DNA of 64,000 nucleotides from Phoronis australis (taxonomy: Eukaryota; Animalia; Phoronida). This document shows, one piece after another, positions 13,501 to 26,319 of this stretch. The position numbers were made by a program, and so were the translations under genes. The stretch is taken from contig NMRA01000143.1 of assembly GCA_002633005.1 (NCBI GenBank), positions 129,402 through 193,401 of the forward strand, read 5' to 3'. Numbering within the stretch: the first letter of the stretch is position 1; each line of letters begins with the position of its first letter. The notes below the pieces were generated by a model, which did not search any database, was not told where the DNA came from, and worked only from the letters and a program-made list of their open reading frames with translations.

Positions 13501-16500
13501 CATGCTCATCAATGTGTTTTGTTTCACGTCGCAAGGAATCCAGTCCTTTTATGAGAGTATCTAGTACACCTGCGTAAGGCCGAATAAGCACAGTTGGTTG
13601 TAGTCTGTGCCCCGACTCATTTTGAGACCCGCCCACCTCAATTTCAGTCAATGTCTCATGTTTTTGTGTTTTTTTTTTGAAAATCTGCACAATGGCAGGT
13701 ACTGTAAGAAGGGTAAGCAAGATCTGAGATGTCATGATTTGCCAAGCGATGCAAAACCATCTGATTAGAGTTGATCAAAAAAATACCGCATCGTTTTTGC
13801 TCGTTTCAGATGAATTTTACATGTTGACAAAGTGAACAACTAAAAAATAACTCACCACAAACTCAATTTTCCAAAAATCATAACAATGGTAGCCGGAGTC
13901 AATTAACCTTTCCTGCTTTCCCTACACATGAGTTCACGATATCAAGTCTTCTAAAGTCTATTATATCTAATTATATTTGGATCATATCATTAAAAGATTG
14001 AGACTATGTGCGCCTCCTACCGTCGTAATAAGGAATCCACTGTCGGTACACTCCCGACACTGGTTGGTAGTTTTTTCGGGCGCACTGCTGGGCTCTGAAA
14101 TCTTCTTGTCTTCCGGGACACGACTACAACAAAAAGAAATTGTGTCGGTTCTTGATTTTAAAACAAGTGTATAATCTGATTCAATGGTTGGCGGAGGTCC
14201 GAATTAAAGTGTGGCTTGCTTAATATGTCGTTTACTGAAAATCGAATCTTTCAATTTTTCGTGGCAATTTTGAATTAAAAAATTCAGTTTGAACTGCGCC
14301 TGTATCTGTCTCAGTCTCCAACTAAATCAAAAACAAACTGCAGTGTGTAGAGACGAACTGGATCCAGGAACTTTTCAGAATCCTGAAAATTTATCGCATG
14401 AACGTCAACTTTTTGGAATTTTTAGTGGTGATATCGAGTAACAATTCTGCGAAAAAACGGAAAAAGTCACAAAAAGACTCCCAAGAACTGGGATTATGTT
14501 TGGAGTACCAGCAAGGTAAAAACACCCCATTTTGCGAATATACTCCTTGGGTTAATTATTGCTGTCTATGGCGATTACAATCGAGGAAAACTTCCAACTC
14601 ACACGATGGTTACATTTTTCGTATATCATAGCCGAACCCCTGCATTTGGCTCTGGGCTTCACAAGCCACCTCTTTAGACACGTTCTCGTTCTGACCCGCA
14701 CGCCCGTCCCGCATGACCTTGAGCAGTCACTCCACATAGACCAGTGCGACCAATCCGTCCACGACTGCGCGTCTGTGAGTAATGTCTGGAACAAAAGTGA
14801 ACATGATTATATGACCAATACTCCATAAGGTTGTTGATACCATTCCTTTGTCACAGCGGGTCCGTAGGGGTCCAGGTCGTCCAGGCCCCCTTCTCGGCCA
14901 CTATTGTACTGCATCAAAAGAGGCCATTAACTGCCGTCCACACGTACGCCTGTTCATAGTCAGACCCCTCAGAACATGATCCTGCATCCGAGCCTGCACG
15001 TGTACCGTCTTACTGCTGTATACCAAATTTTCAAAAATACCCATGTTCTGAAGGACGTTATGTTAATTATAAAGAAACTAGATAGTATGAACCTTCCAAA
15101 GGCATAGATTTCCTGAGTAACTTGTTATATTTTGGTGACCATTTGTGTTTAAATGTCGTATTTTTGTAAGCTAACTGAGATTAAAATTGAGTAAAAATGG
15201 AGCACATATTTGAGAGACAATTTGAAACATTCGTTTTAAACGTTTCCAAAATATCATAATACAGCTTGTATTGTTATAAACACACTTTTCAAAAATGAAT
15301 ATTCGAATTAACAATCACTTGAAAACCGTTTTCTAGTAAGCAGACTGACTCGAAGCATATACTTAGAAGTCTTTATTGTTCTTCTTGTTTTTAACAGAGC
15401 TCTGTTTGTCGACTGAGCCTACCCTAATGACTAACAATGAAAAAATTGTTCAATGCATTACAGTTCGAAATATGATGTTTGTAGCACTTCCGCTCAGCGA
15501 CAAAAGCATTGTACAGTAACGGCAGTTCCCCCAATGAATTGTACAAAGTGAGCCTTGTAGTTTGAGATGTGAGGTCTTCCCCACAGCTGTCTGAGTGATC
15601 AATTCTGCGAAAGTGTTAGTCGCGCTTATTGCAGTAAGAGAGATCAGCCTCAAGACGTATTCAAACTCATGACTTCGACGACAGCAGTCCTAAGCTTTGG
15701 CAAAGCTAAACCATACTCGGTAAATGGCAACCTTAATGCGTATTTAGCAGGTAAAACCATTGGTCTAGACTTCAGCGAATATCTTGCAGACAAGGGCAAG
15801 AATTGATATTTTGTAATAATATCACAAACTACAACGTATTTTTGTTAGTGTATCTCTGATCAAAGCTAATAACGTCGAGAGGTCTACATCATCCAACGTA
15901 TTTTTGTTAGTGTATCTCTGATCAAAGCTTATAACATCAACAGGTCTATATCATCCAACGTATTCTTGCTAGTGTAGCTCTGATCAAAGCAAATGACATC
16001 AAGAGGTTAATATCATCCAACGTATATTTGTTAGTGTATCTCTGACCAAAGCTAATAGCACAAACTGTTCTATATCATCCATCACAAAATTGTGTTTCAG
16101 TTTCGACACTAAGCCGACTGTTTCTCCTCAATATCCAGAGGCGGATTTAGGGGGGGCAAGGGAGTCATGACCCCCTCCTCTACAATTCTCCCAGATTTCA
16201 TTTGCCTGTTTGGGGGTGGGAATGTCTGACGGGCAAAATCCTGGCTAATGCTTTCAGTTGCCCTGCACCCCCCAACTCAAAATCCTGGATCCGCCCCTGA
16301 TATCCTTCCAACAAAGTCAGAATGTAAGAATGGTTGTTCTCTTCATTAGCAGTACCGCAGGTCCTGTATCAGTAACTATTAGTGAGCTGGCTAATCATCG
16401 TCCTAAACTATTTTAGCTATATTTCTTTCGGTGAATAATCGTGGTCTAGACAAGTCCTTTGCCATTTTTTTGATCAGTCTTAGGTCAAAACTGCGCGTGT

Positions 16501-16914
16501 GCATATATCTGTAGTGTTTTGTTTACATTCTGTCAACCAAGAAAGTAATCGGAGAGATTGAGAAAAAGTAGTTGAATTTGATAAAATAATCATTATGAGT
16601 CGTGTTAGTGGAACATTCTGTTACATGATAAAAATCACCTTTTGGTGACATGTTTAGAAACAAAGCATGGAAATTTTTGTCTCCACGTGCACGTACTTTC
16701 AAGTCATTGATTCGCACCAATGTATTGGCAGTGCTTCCGAGATGGTCAAATTCATAGCCGCAATTAGTAATTTATTTCAAGATCTGTTCATTTGGCATTG
16801 AGAATGGCCGAGAAAGACAGGTGCTTTGTAACTTGAAAATCGAAATTGATTTGCACTTACCAGCTCGTGTACAGACAAGATAATCCCGATCAGATAAACG
16901 TGGAAGGCAGCCAT
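4575..16914 (-). CDS. ADAMTSL5: ADAMTS-like protein 5-like (signal peptide, TSP1, ADAMTS Cys-rich, spacer, Thr/Ser-rich linker, NTR/C345C); 11 coding exons, 753 aa
   Basis: Exons (minus): 16861-16914 MAAFHVYLIGIILSVHEL; 14603-14785 WTDWSHWSMWSDCSRSCGTG (TSP1); 14021-14123 CPGRQEDFRAQQC; 13147-13274 CKLTC...GNVIDGTPC; 12148-12265 KVGCDGFIGS...DMCGVC; 11119-11202 YHRVTVIPKGARHI; 10682-10845 ...ARGPTTEDLVAM; 9404-9523 VLLREPNTRIKYEFWLPK; 7971-8889 Thr-rich; 5792-5857 HFCKADF; 4575-4897 NTR (TRYQVAVEQTFK...CKCP). All introns are GT-AG, phases are compatible, total 2262 nt. No metalloprotease domain. Confidence 0.88.
5079..5415 (+). mobile_element. Old TTAA-type (Kolobok/piggyBac-like) non-autonomous element with imperfect long TIRs
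   Basis: Begins TTAAAGGGGC; has internal inverted symmetry (TTTGATTT/AAATCAAA, AACTGACA/TGTCAGTT); homologous to 54012-54364. Confidence 0.5.
6384..7460. mobile_element. Long fold-back (palindromic) non-autonomous element with a 380-bp interruption in its left arm
   Basis: 6384-6437 is the reverse complement of ~7405-7460, and 6822-7060 is the reverse complement of ~7178-7405 (e.g. CTCAATAAATTTACACAAAACAG / CTGTTTTGTGTAAATTTATTGAG). The insert at 6442-6821 is flanked by ATACCAC on both sides. Confidence 0.75.
7526..7831 (+). mobile_element. MITE family A (CAGTGGCGGAT...ATCCGCCCCTG), 5-bp TSD GTCAC, with family-B-like sequence nested inside
   Basis: TIRs present; GTCAC at 7521-7525 and 7832-7836; the internal GGGTGCGCGCA...GCTGGGCGCGCGCAT (~7604-7765) resembles family B. 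Confidence 0.8.
15832..16081. repeat. Tandem repeat, ~63-bp unit x4
   Basis: AACGTATTTTTGTTAGTGTATCTCTGATCAAAGC...ATCATCC repeated four times. Confidence 0.9.
16136..16299 (+). mobile_element. MITE family A, 5-bp TSD ATATC
   Basis: CAGAGGCGGATTTAGGGG...AAAATCCTGGATCCGCCCCTG flanked by ATATC on both sides. Confidence 0.85.
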
Positions 16915-16965
16915 TTCCCTAAAAAATACAAGGTAAATACATGTAGCATTCTTATATATACACTT

Positions 16966-17650
16966 TAACTAATGTAGTTCGACTGTTACAGTTCAAGTAA
17001 TTTAGTTCAACCAGTAGCGTGCAGAGGGATGCCCTAGAAGATTTTTTATGGGACGCCCCTCTCTACTCAAATGCAAAAAGATGAAACCCAAAATAGAAAC
17101 TTTATTCAATTCAATTACAAATAAGTCACAATTTGAAAAAGTTTATTCATAGTGATTGGGTGCCCCCCAATGTGGATGTGGATGCCCGGGGCCGTCGCCC
17201 CGTCGCCCCCCTTCTACACGCTACTGAGTTCAACTGATATAGCTCAACTGTTATAGTTGTTCAATTGATATAATTTATCTAATATAGTTTAATTGTTATT
17301 GTTCAACTGATATAATTTAACTAATATAGTTCAAGTGATATACTTCAACTGATATAGTTCAACTGATTTAGTCCAACTGATATAGTCCAACTGATATAGT
17401 CCAACTGATATAGTTCAACTGATACAGTCCAACTAATACAGTTCAACTGATAAAGTCCATCTGATATAGTTCAAGGGATATCATTCATCTGATAGAGCTC
17501 AACTGGTCTAGTTCAATTGCCATAGCTTAACTTGTACAGTTTGAACAACTGATGTACTTTAACTGATATAGTTCCTCTGATATAGTTTAACTAATGTACT
17601 TCAACTGACATATTTCAACTGATATAATTCAAATGATATTCATAGTTCAT
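16966..17650. repeat. Degenerate 14-bp minisatellite (TATAGTTCAACTGA)n
   Basis: Directly visible; interrupted by the hAT MITE at 17012-17226. Confidence 0.9.
17012..17226. mobile_element. hAT-type MITE with 8-bp TSD AGTTCAAC inserted in a minisatellite
   Basis: TIR CAGTAGCGTG(C/T)AGA / TCTACACGCTACTG; AGTTCAAC on both sides. CAG termini with an 8-bp TSD are typical of hAT. Confidence 0.75.
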
Positions 17651-20600
17651 CCGTCTAGCGTTACATGAATATTCCTAAACCCCGATGACAAAACTGAAGC
17701 GCACCATGTTATGATCTCGTGCTTTGATACCCAGATATCACAGTCCGAGTTGAAGACAAATTCTGTTTTCTAAGCTAAATCAGTTGACGCGTTTTTTGGT
17801 GGACCAAGTATAGACTCATTCTCCAGCTATCCGATTTTGATACAAAGCAGTACGATTCGGTAAATTGTAAAATGTAAAGTCACTCTGATGCAAAACAAAA
17901 AATATAAAGACTACGGAAGGTGGCGGACTGGAACCCCAAAGCTTATTTACCCGCTTACCCATTCGCACTGATTAATTATAACCGACAAGAACTCCCCCCC
18001 GGCTTAAAACATTTGCAAATCACATTTGCTGAACAACTGTTAACAAACATTACCTAAATCGCGGCAACATAAGTTAACAAGCACTTTACCGTGCCGAACA
18101 GCTTAAAATGCATCCGGCAGAAAATTTAGAAGTGATCTAGAAACAAATATTTCAAAACTTCAGTGACAGGCTCTATAGAAACCTGAAAATCTGAAAATTC
18201 AGAATAGAAGTTTTTAGAGTGAAATGTTAAATAGCTACAGAAATTGAGAAATGTTTTCTTAAGCGTTTAAACACGTGCCTGGCAATGCAAATGGATAAAG
18301 CAGAGAAAGTGGCGGTTTTTCTCATTTCTAATGAGTTGAAGTTATTAATCTTTGCACTTTTGCTATGAGGTAATTGGCTAAAGGGAAATATCATAAATAG
18401 TTTTTGTAATACAATCACTGCTCGGACAGTGGTCACCAGGCAGTGACCTGGCCCCCTGAGGTCACTTCTAAGGTCACCCCTTGGTCCATCTATGAAGGCA
18501 CTATCTCCTTACATAAATCACACTCCTAGGGCAAAATTCTTGTAAACACCGGCCAACTAATTATACCCTTATATCACATTTTTTACATCGCGAGTCCAAT
18601 TGAGCTGGGGTCGACCTTTAATTAGCTCGATATTCCCACAACTGTTCGCTATTAACAATCCCTCAAGTGAACAAACGATGTGTATGACCCTGTTTTGTGG
18701 CAGACCACCGACTCAACACGTTAACATATTTCGACCTCGTTAGTGCGAAGCTGTCATCATAATGTACAGGTTTTTGAAAAAAGTATAGTTTGTGCAAAGG
18801 TTACTTAAGCTTAAAATTTTATTCAAAAATTGATTGACTAGAAATGTAATCCGTTTTAAACTGAATTGTTCCGTTTCCGTTTCACGAACAGTGACGTCAC
18901 AAATCCTGCCATTTCTGAATAAATCTTCCCCCAAGTAATTGAGAGCACATCGCTGTTCAACAATACGCAATTATTGTTATGTCCATGACACTGTATTTGC
19001 TGGAATGAGGCTAAATTATTTTTTCCGAAACAGTAGAGCGTAAAGACTCTTTCATACTAACGTCGTAGAGTTGACATTGACGGTCAACTTCGGTCCTGGA
19101 ACGCAGTTAACCGCGCCAGTTAATTTCGCTTTACATAGGTGGATTTAACAGCGGAACGTCGACGCTGCGGTGTGGTATGAATGGTCTATGTTATCGCCAA
19201 GGACCACTGTTACCGTCAATAATTAAAGGACAGTGTCGCCGCTAATAGTTTTTTATATTTTTCTCGAATAATCACCAATCTAATTAGAATTACGTTCTTA
19301 TGTCAATTAGAACACGTAAATGTTTTCAAATTGTCACATAAAAAATGTTTATCGTACACGGGATGCATTAGCGCTGCCTTACGATTACTTCGATGACGAC
19401 AACATCACCTACCGTTTAGTTCGATGCCGTTAACTACCGAAGCTGGTACGAACGATTCAATTAACTTCGCAGTTTACGTCAACGCATCGGAGTTAAATTA
19501 GCATGAAACGGCCTTGAGACCAAACTTTAACTTTTCAAGAAACAGTCAACAGCCTCGACAAGATGGCCTGTCACAGCTGGTTATTTTACGCGCCAAGCAT
19601 AGTCTAAAAAATCAAGGTGCTGTCAGTTCTTTGCAAGCCAAGCAACCACTTCTCACCTGAGTAACGGAAGCGTTGACGCCAGTTTTATAACAGTAGGTCA
19701 GGTCCAAATAAAGATTTCTTTGACAGCAACGGTGGTTTGTAGCTGACAGCTTTGAAAAAACTTCATGGGCACATTTTATCAAACCAGGAAACTGCTATGT
19801 ATTAGACATTGTGTATTCGCGAGAAATGACATTCAAATCATGGAAGTTTGCGAGGCAATCTCATAGTTTAATAATGCTACAAGTCGGTATCACCGAGTTT
19901 AAATTAGATCTGACATGCATATATGTAACGTATTCAATACCTAATGTATATTTAACACACTGGCATCCCCTTCGAAATAATAACATGGCTGTATGTTGTG
20001 TTTGGACCCTGGGGTATTGGCCTAGAAACTGTGCTTCTACAATGTAAATTTATAAACCTTTTTGTAAATAGTTCGCTAACTTTCTCCCTTTTAACTTAGG
20101 CAATAAAATGCGAAAATATCAGTAGTTTGGGTTGTCTTACCTGCGTAAAGTAACTCGTGCGATAGTTGTCTTGTCGGGTTTAAACTCGCAGTATCATTCA
20201 CGTATATCTGATTATCTCCAATGTGGTCGCGGAACACAACTGAATATTGACATGTATTCAAAGTATGAGATTCTTCGCACCAACATTTCAGGTTTTGCCT
20301 ATTAGTCTATATATGTGCCTTGAGGGGTCACGTCAACAGGCGTTTTATTAATTAAATTCTGAACTTTGATTCGAAGTACAAAACATAAACCTGTGCAATC
20401 GTTGTGAGTTCCTTGAAAAGCATGTACTGAATTTTGACAGCAGAAATTTGAAAACCCGACCCATTAGTCATCAGTAGACTATATCTCTCTCCATAACTTC
20501 AGATGTAAAATTTAACTGCAATCATCAATAGCTATAAGTCAATACTACAGTACGTTGCCGCCTCTGTAGTCTACTATTTTGGTTAGAGAAACCAGCCACG

Positions 20601-23600
20601 CTTCGTTTTTGCATTTTGATAGTGTCTGCCCGTTCCCTGTGCTGGCTTAGAAATATTGCCAGAAAAGTCAACAGCGATCTTGACCAAAATTTCAGCAGAA
20701 ATCAAGTATAGAAGAACACATTACGGTAATTGATTTTGTCAGTGTACGCCTCAAAGCAAATACTGTTGTGTCGCATGTACACCAATAACATACGTGTTGT
20801 TTGAAAGTTTGAATGAATGCTGTTGTAGTTTTCTGTAACATCTAGATGCTCGCGGAGTATGATAATTTTGCTCCATTTTCGTGCTAATAATGAAATACGA
20901 TAGTAATGGACAATCACCACACGACAAAATGTCTGCTGTTCTTTGCGTCTCCTACATTGGTAGACTCGTGTTCTCATTTCAAATACACGGCAATATCTCA
21001 CGTAATCTCGCGAAGTCGTACTTTTTAAGCGAGGTCCTAGCGTTACTGAACTCCACCCAGATGTCTTTATTTCTAATAAATGCGGCGACAACCAAATGTT
21101 GGCGAACAGGCGTACAACACGCTTTTTACCACGTGAATTTTTTATGACCTCTATGCAATCTAGGTTGAGCTATTTTATTAGTGCCCTTGATTATTGTATT
21201 AATTGGAAAAAGGAGGCTTAAGCATTCCGATCTCACGGTCAGACTTGAACAAGAAACTCCTTCAAGGCACTCTTGGGTTTTATGTTAAAACTGTCATAAA
21301 AGGAAAAGTCGTATTTTAGTGTTATCTGTGATTGGCGCAGCATGTGCTGCGTTAGTATGAATTGATAGAAGCAAACGAATGTATTTAATCCTGTCAACAG
21401 AATTCAGAGCTTGTGGCTCCCTGGTCTTCTTGTTAAAGACACAAAAACACAGGCTTCTTGTGCTTGGATAGGTTACTCATTAAACAAAACACTTTTTCAC
21501 TTCGATAACTTACACAAATTATTGGGAACAGGCAAATTATTCTCCGAGTAACTACTCTGCCGTCAGTGATCATTCCTTCCCCCCCCTCCCTGTTGTCACA
21601 AAGTGCATATTCCTAACCCACGCCGGCCGCTATACCTTTCCGTCCCTCCCCTCCCTGGTCTCACCTGGGTGTAGACCCTGCGGATCGCTGCACATTATTG
21701 AGAAAATCATGCTCCTCGCTCCCCTTCCTGCTGCTTCGCTTGTTCCTGGTCTACTACATGTTGGCACGTGTACCTTTATTTTTTTATCCAAAGAGCCATG
21801 CCTAGCTAAAATGTGAGTCAGTGGTATCTTTGAGAATTGGAAAGTTAAAAGTTATGGATGTGAGTACTCTAATAGGGCAACAACAATGAATTAGTTGTCT
21901 TCATGTTTTTCAACAGATTTCCGTAGCAACTTCCTCAGTGGCTGGCAAAGCAATGAATTTGCTCTTAATCATGTGTTCGCCATATAATCAAATCAAATGT
22001 GTGTTTACTGAGGGAATCATAACCATGTGCTTGACCGACAAAATCAAACGATGTCAATGACTATGATATAATTTAGTTCAGTGTTACTGCACGATTATAT
22101 CAAAAGGTGTCGACGACTATGATATTTATTTCAGTGTTACCGTACGAAAAAATGGGAACTTATGACACGACAAAGCTAATCATTAATGCGGGCTTAAAAG
22201 GAGAGGTCGGTAAATCGGCCCGTTAGTAAATCTGCATGAAATGAATCTATTGCGCACCTGCAACGTTGACAGCAAAACGCAAACGCTAAAGAATTTGAAG
22301 CAAAGACGCACAAATTTATTTATCTATAAATGCCACCTTATCTATTCAGTTCATTGCGCTTAAGCATATGCACATTTTGTTAAGTTAAGGATTCAGCTAG
22401 GTGCACACTTTCTGGAAAAGTCCAGTTGCCCCCCTATCAATAACCACTTGACCGTGACGTAACAGCTTCAACTAGCTAGTTATGCAACATTTGGCAACGG
22501 CGTGCAGGAATGATACCTCCGAGGCGACAAAACTGGAAATAAATTTCCCACCTAGTCGAAGTTTGCTACTTGTCTGTCGTCGCACCTGTCGAAGATTTAC
22601 TGTTCTAAACTCGCTTAGTTCCAGTCTAAACATCACTAAACCAAAACGTTGCGGTTTCCCTGCTGTTGCATTTAACCCCATTCAAAGAACGCCGTATGTT
22701 TTTAATTTGAACACATTTTCATTTACAAGAAGGCCAATAGTGTGGTAACAAAAAAACACTAGATTCTAAACTGGAGCCCAGTTGCCTATCAAGGCAGTTT
22801 TCAAGAGGATTCGTGTGTGGGGTGACGTTTACATTCTGTACCTGAATGACATAAATTTAGATTTCAAATTCCACATGTTTCAACTAAATTAATTACAGTA
22901 TAACTAAAACTCGTTTGACCTTTCGAGTTAAAACCATAAGATGAGTCCGTCCGATTCAATGCAGTGAAGCAGACGTTTAACTGATATGTTCCACACCAAA
23001 TTTGTAGTGTTTTGAAACTAGAGAGCTTTATCAGAACCGCGTCAACGACACACTGAGAATGATGTTATTTTGTTTTGATTAATAGCAAGTAGTTTGCAGT
23101 ACGATCAAGCCGACCTGCTATATTTACCCACACTCTGATCAAAGGCAGGGAATTTGATTAAAAACCAGTTGCTTTCTAATTGGTATAAATGCGTACGGGA
23201 ACTCTGGTGACGTATTCGATGTGCAAATGTCAAATATTTAGTAAATCAGCCTTGTTAAATTCATCTCAGCGTGAGGAACGAGGTCGAACAAAAAATGATA
23301 GTTAACGTCGGAGTCAATTATCGTAAATTACGACTTAAAATGTGTAACAGAATTTTGATTGTCTAGTGGCAAAGACAAAACCAAACACGTCTTAGAAATG
23401 AATGCTAACGGACAAAAAATATATCGAAAATATTTACCTTCTCTAATATCAAACGATTTGGATATTAATTTTAAAGGGCAGCAACTTTTCCATCACCGAG
23501 GCATGATCCTGTTGTTTTGACAAAGGTGGTTGAGTAGTTTTTAGTGATTGGGCAGGAAACAGTTGTGGAAAGTCTCTAAACCTTTTACTTTGCGTAGTTT

Positions 23601-26319
23601 GATTCTGCAAATTCGTCTAAGTTCAACCTGTCCTAAATTCGAGTACCCAAAGAAATAACATTGCGAAAATCCTAATGAATTGAAGACACCAAATTAATAC
23701 ACATTTACATGCCAGTTACCAACTTAAACACATTTCACAGAGGCAGGAACACTTAATATTTGTGATGAAAAGTAACCTACCAGATATCGTCAGACTGTTG
23801 ACTTGTGTGTCCTAAGAGCGATGATGCTCAATTGACGAAGGCGACTATTTCTGGAATACACACGGGGTTTATTCAATCACCCACGCACAGATGGCGCTAA
23901 TAAATGTGGATGGGTCTGCGCAACAGACGTGTTTTTTAAAGCATTGACTTTACAGTTCGGTGCCCTTAAGATCATAGACCAGAAGGGGCAAAAATGATAC
24001 CGAGAGAGAGGGAGGAAAGAAGGAGAGAATTTTATGAAAATACTTAAGTTACATGAACGAAAACGAATTCATAATTTAGAACTAACTACGACAGCATTTA
24101 GTCTTGGAGTCAGGTGTGAAACAACACTCTTAGTTTTCGTTTTGGTTATAACCCTTAAGGGTGGAAACTTATTGGCGGGTAGCAGGAGATACCTTTCGAC
24201 CCAGCATACAAGAAAACGCCTGATGCCACAAAAAGTTTGGTCAGATTTTTCCGCTAGATGCACGTTTCCATAAAAACGGGTAAACGTAAAAATAAAAACT
24301 TCGTAACTTTGGATTAGAATGAGGCAGGTATCGAATTATTTTCGATATAATCTATAGTACATTTTTTTGTCTTATTGCAACTGAAATTACATCGAATTTT
24401 TAAAAATTTCGAAACTTTGTTGAAGCGTCGTTAATGTGAGGATTAGTAGTGGGATTTGGATGTCCATAATTGTAAATTCAAGTTTCTAAAAATAAATATG
24501 ACTGGAGCCTAACTTATACACTCACAACGATAGACGCTGTGGTGTTCTTAACTCAATATTAGCTTAAAATGAAAAGTACAAATAATTGGCTCATGACATA
24601 AAACAACCAAGTGAAAATTAGTTATACCTACATGCGAAATACTAGAGCAAAAAAATGGTAGTAAGACGCGTTATTGGCGCATTCGCTAAATACGCACGTA
24701 TATGGCTGTCAAATTTTTTTCTAATGAAGCTCCTTCAAAGTAACATTTAATTGAAATCGTCGATATAAAAACAAATTTGTTCGTAGTCCTTTAATTTCTG
24801 ATGATGCACTATAAGTTATCCGTTGAAGTCGACTATAACACAGAACTGTTCTCTTTTTACGAATCAAAGCTTGTCGGTCGGTAACACACGTACGTTGTCT
24901 TAGTGCATTTCCAATAATAACATCCATTCTGTGAAAAGAGAAATAATTCTCGTCTTTCATAACAACAACAATAACAGCAACAATAACAATAGTGATACTG
25001 AAATGCAAATGATGATAGACTCTATTACATTAGACTGGCGGCTTAATTTACAGCATGCCGATCCTCTCGGCGTAAACACACGACATTGTAAATGAGTATG
25101 CATCCAAACACTATGCTGAATTTCATTTTGAATCAACCTTCAATACATAGTCGGAACCCGTACTCACGTCTGTATTAGACGAAATGCACATTTATGCCTG
25201 TCTTGATATTGTCTATCACGCGTCTGACGAATTCCAACATCACAGAACACGGGATGACCGCGGCATTGTTATTGAGGTCAGTCCGGAGCATGTGTTAGTA
25301 AAGTTTGCAGACTAGGTCGTGGCTTGCCTGCAAGAAGAGTTGTCTTTCAGATGTCGTAGAACTGGTTTAGAAATACGGAAACTTGAAACTGCATCGAAAA
25401 AATGGAGAAAAAGCCAAAGTTTGACACCTACTCATATAACATCGAATTGGCACGTACTAACGAAATCAATGAATGTAGAAATAGTCTTTTTTGGTGTGTA
25501 CGTGTAGAGACACGCACTTTTGTGTCGAAAAATCATGATACAGTATCTAACTCTGCTGAGTACCAAGCCTGAGCCCTACTCTCGATCGTCGCCGGTCGCG
25601 GCCTTTTGACCGTGTCAAAACAATTGAAGTAATCTCTCTAAAGTTCAGTTAAAGAAACTTGAAAAAGTCCGCGATTTTTGATATTTCATCTTTGACTAAC
25701 TCAGGTGAAAGGTGATTTTTTTACATTCCTGTCTACTAAATTCACTTTCACGCAGGGCCCAGGGTCCCGACCCTGTCCGTTGGCCCGGCAGCAACCTGCT
25801 GCAAACTGTTTCAAAGCGCCATCCAGTCGGAAGAATGGAACTCCTCGGACGCGTAGAAGCATAATATTCGTAAGTCTTCGCGAGATGTTGCCATGGTCAG
25901 CTTTACTCGCGAGATTCTTGGCTCTGCGAAATTCAACCCAGTTCAAATCAGAAGCAAGCTGTTTTCAGCCGAGACCAGTTTTGGCTACATTTTTCGAGCT
26001 GCGAGACAAGTACTGAACTGTCAGAACGCCCTCAGAAGAACTACTCTTCAAATCTGGAGGTAAAAAACTGTTGTGTTTCCGCCAAATGGAGTCGTGATGG
26101 TTTGAACTTCGCGGTAATTTTTGGAGTGATTTTTGTACAACTTGGGGGTTATTGTCTTGATTGTGTGCAGTAATTACGCAGTAGAAACAAAGCATGTAAT
26201 CAGCCATGAAAACGATGCCAAAATATCACTTAGCCTGCCGAGGGACCCGTACTTTACCAGAATTTGGATTTAAAAACAAGACTGGGCAGGTTAACCGCTA
26301 GGCAACACGTATCGTCCGG

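Noticed and set aside
13856-13921. Exon-like segment with AG and GTGAGT boundaries in an ADAMTSL5 intron
   Set aside because: The phase required by the neighbouring exons contains a stop codon, and the Cys-rich domain is complete without it.
25701-26207. Two in-frame minus-strand ORFs separated by a single TGA (readthrough or selenocysteine candidate)
   Set aside because: No recognisable domain, no SECIS-like hairpin seen, and an equally long ORF on the opposite strand; most likely a chance ORF in GC-richer promoter-proximal DNA.
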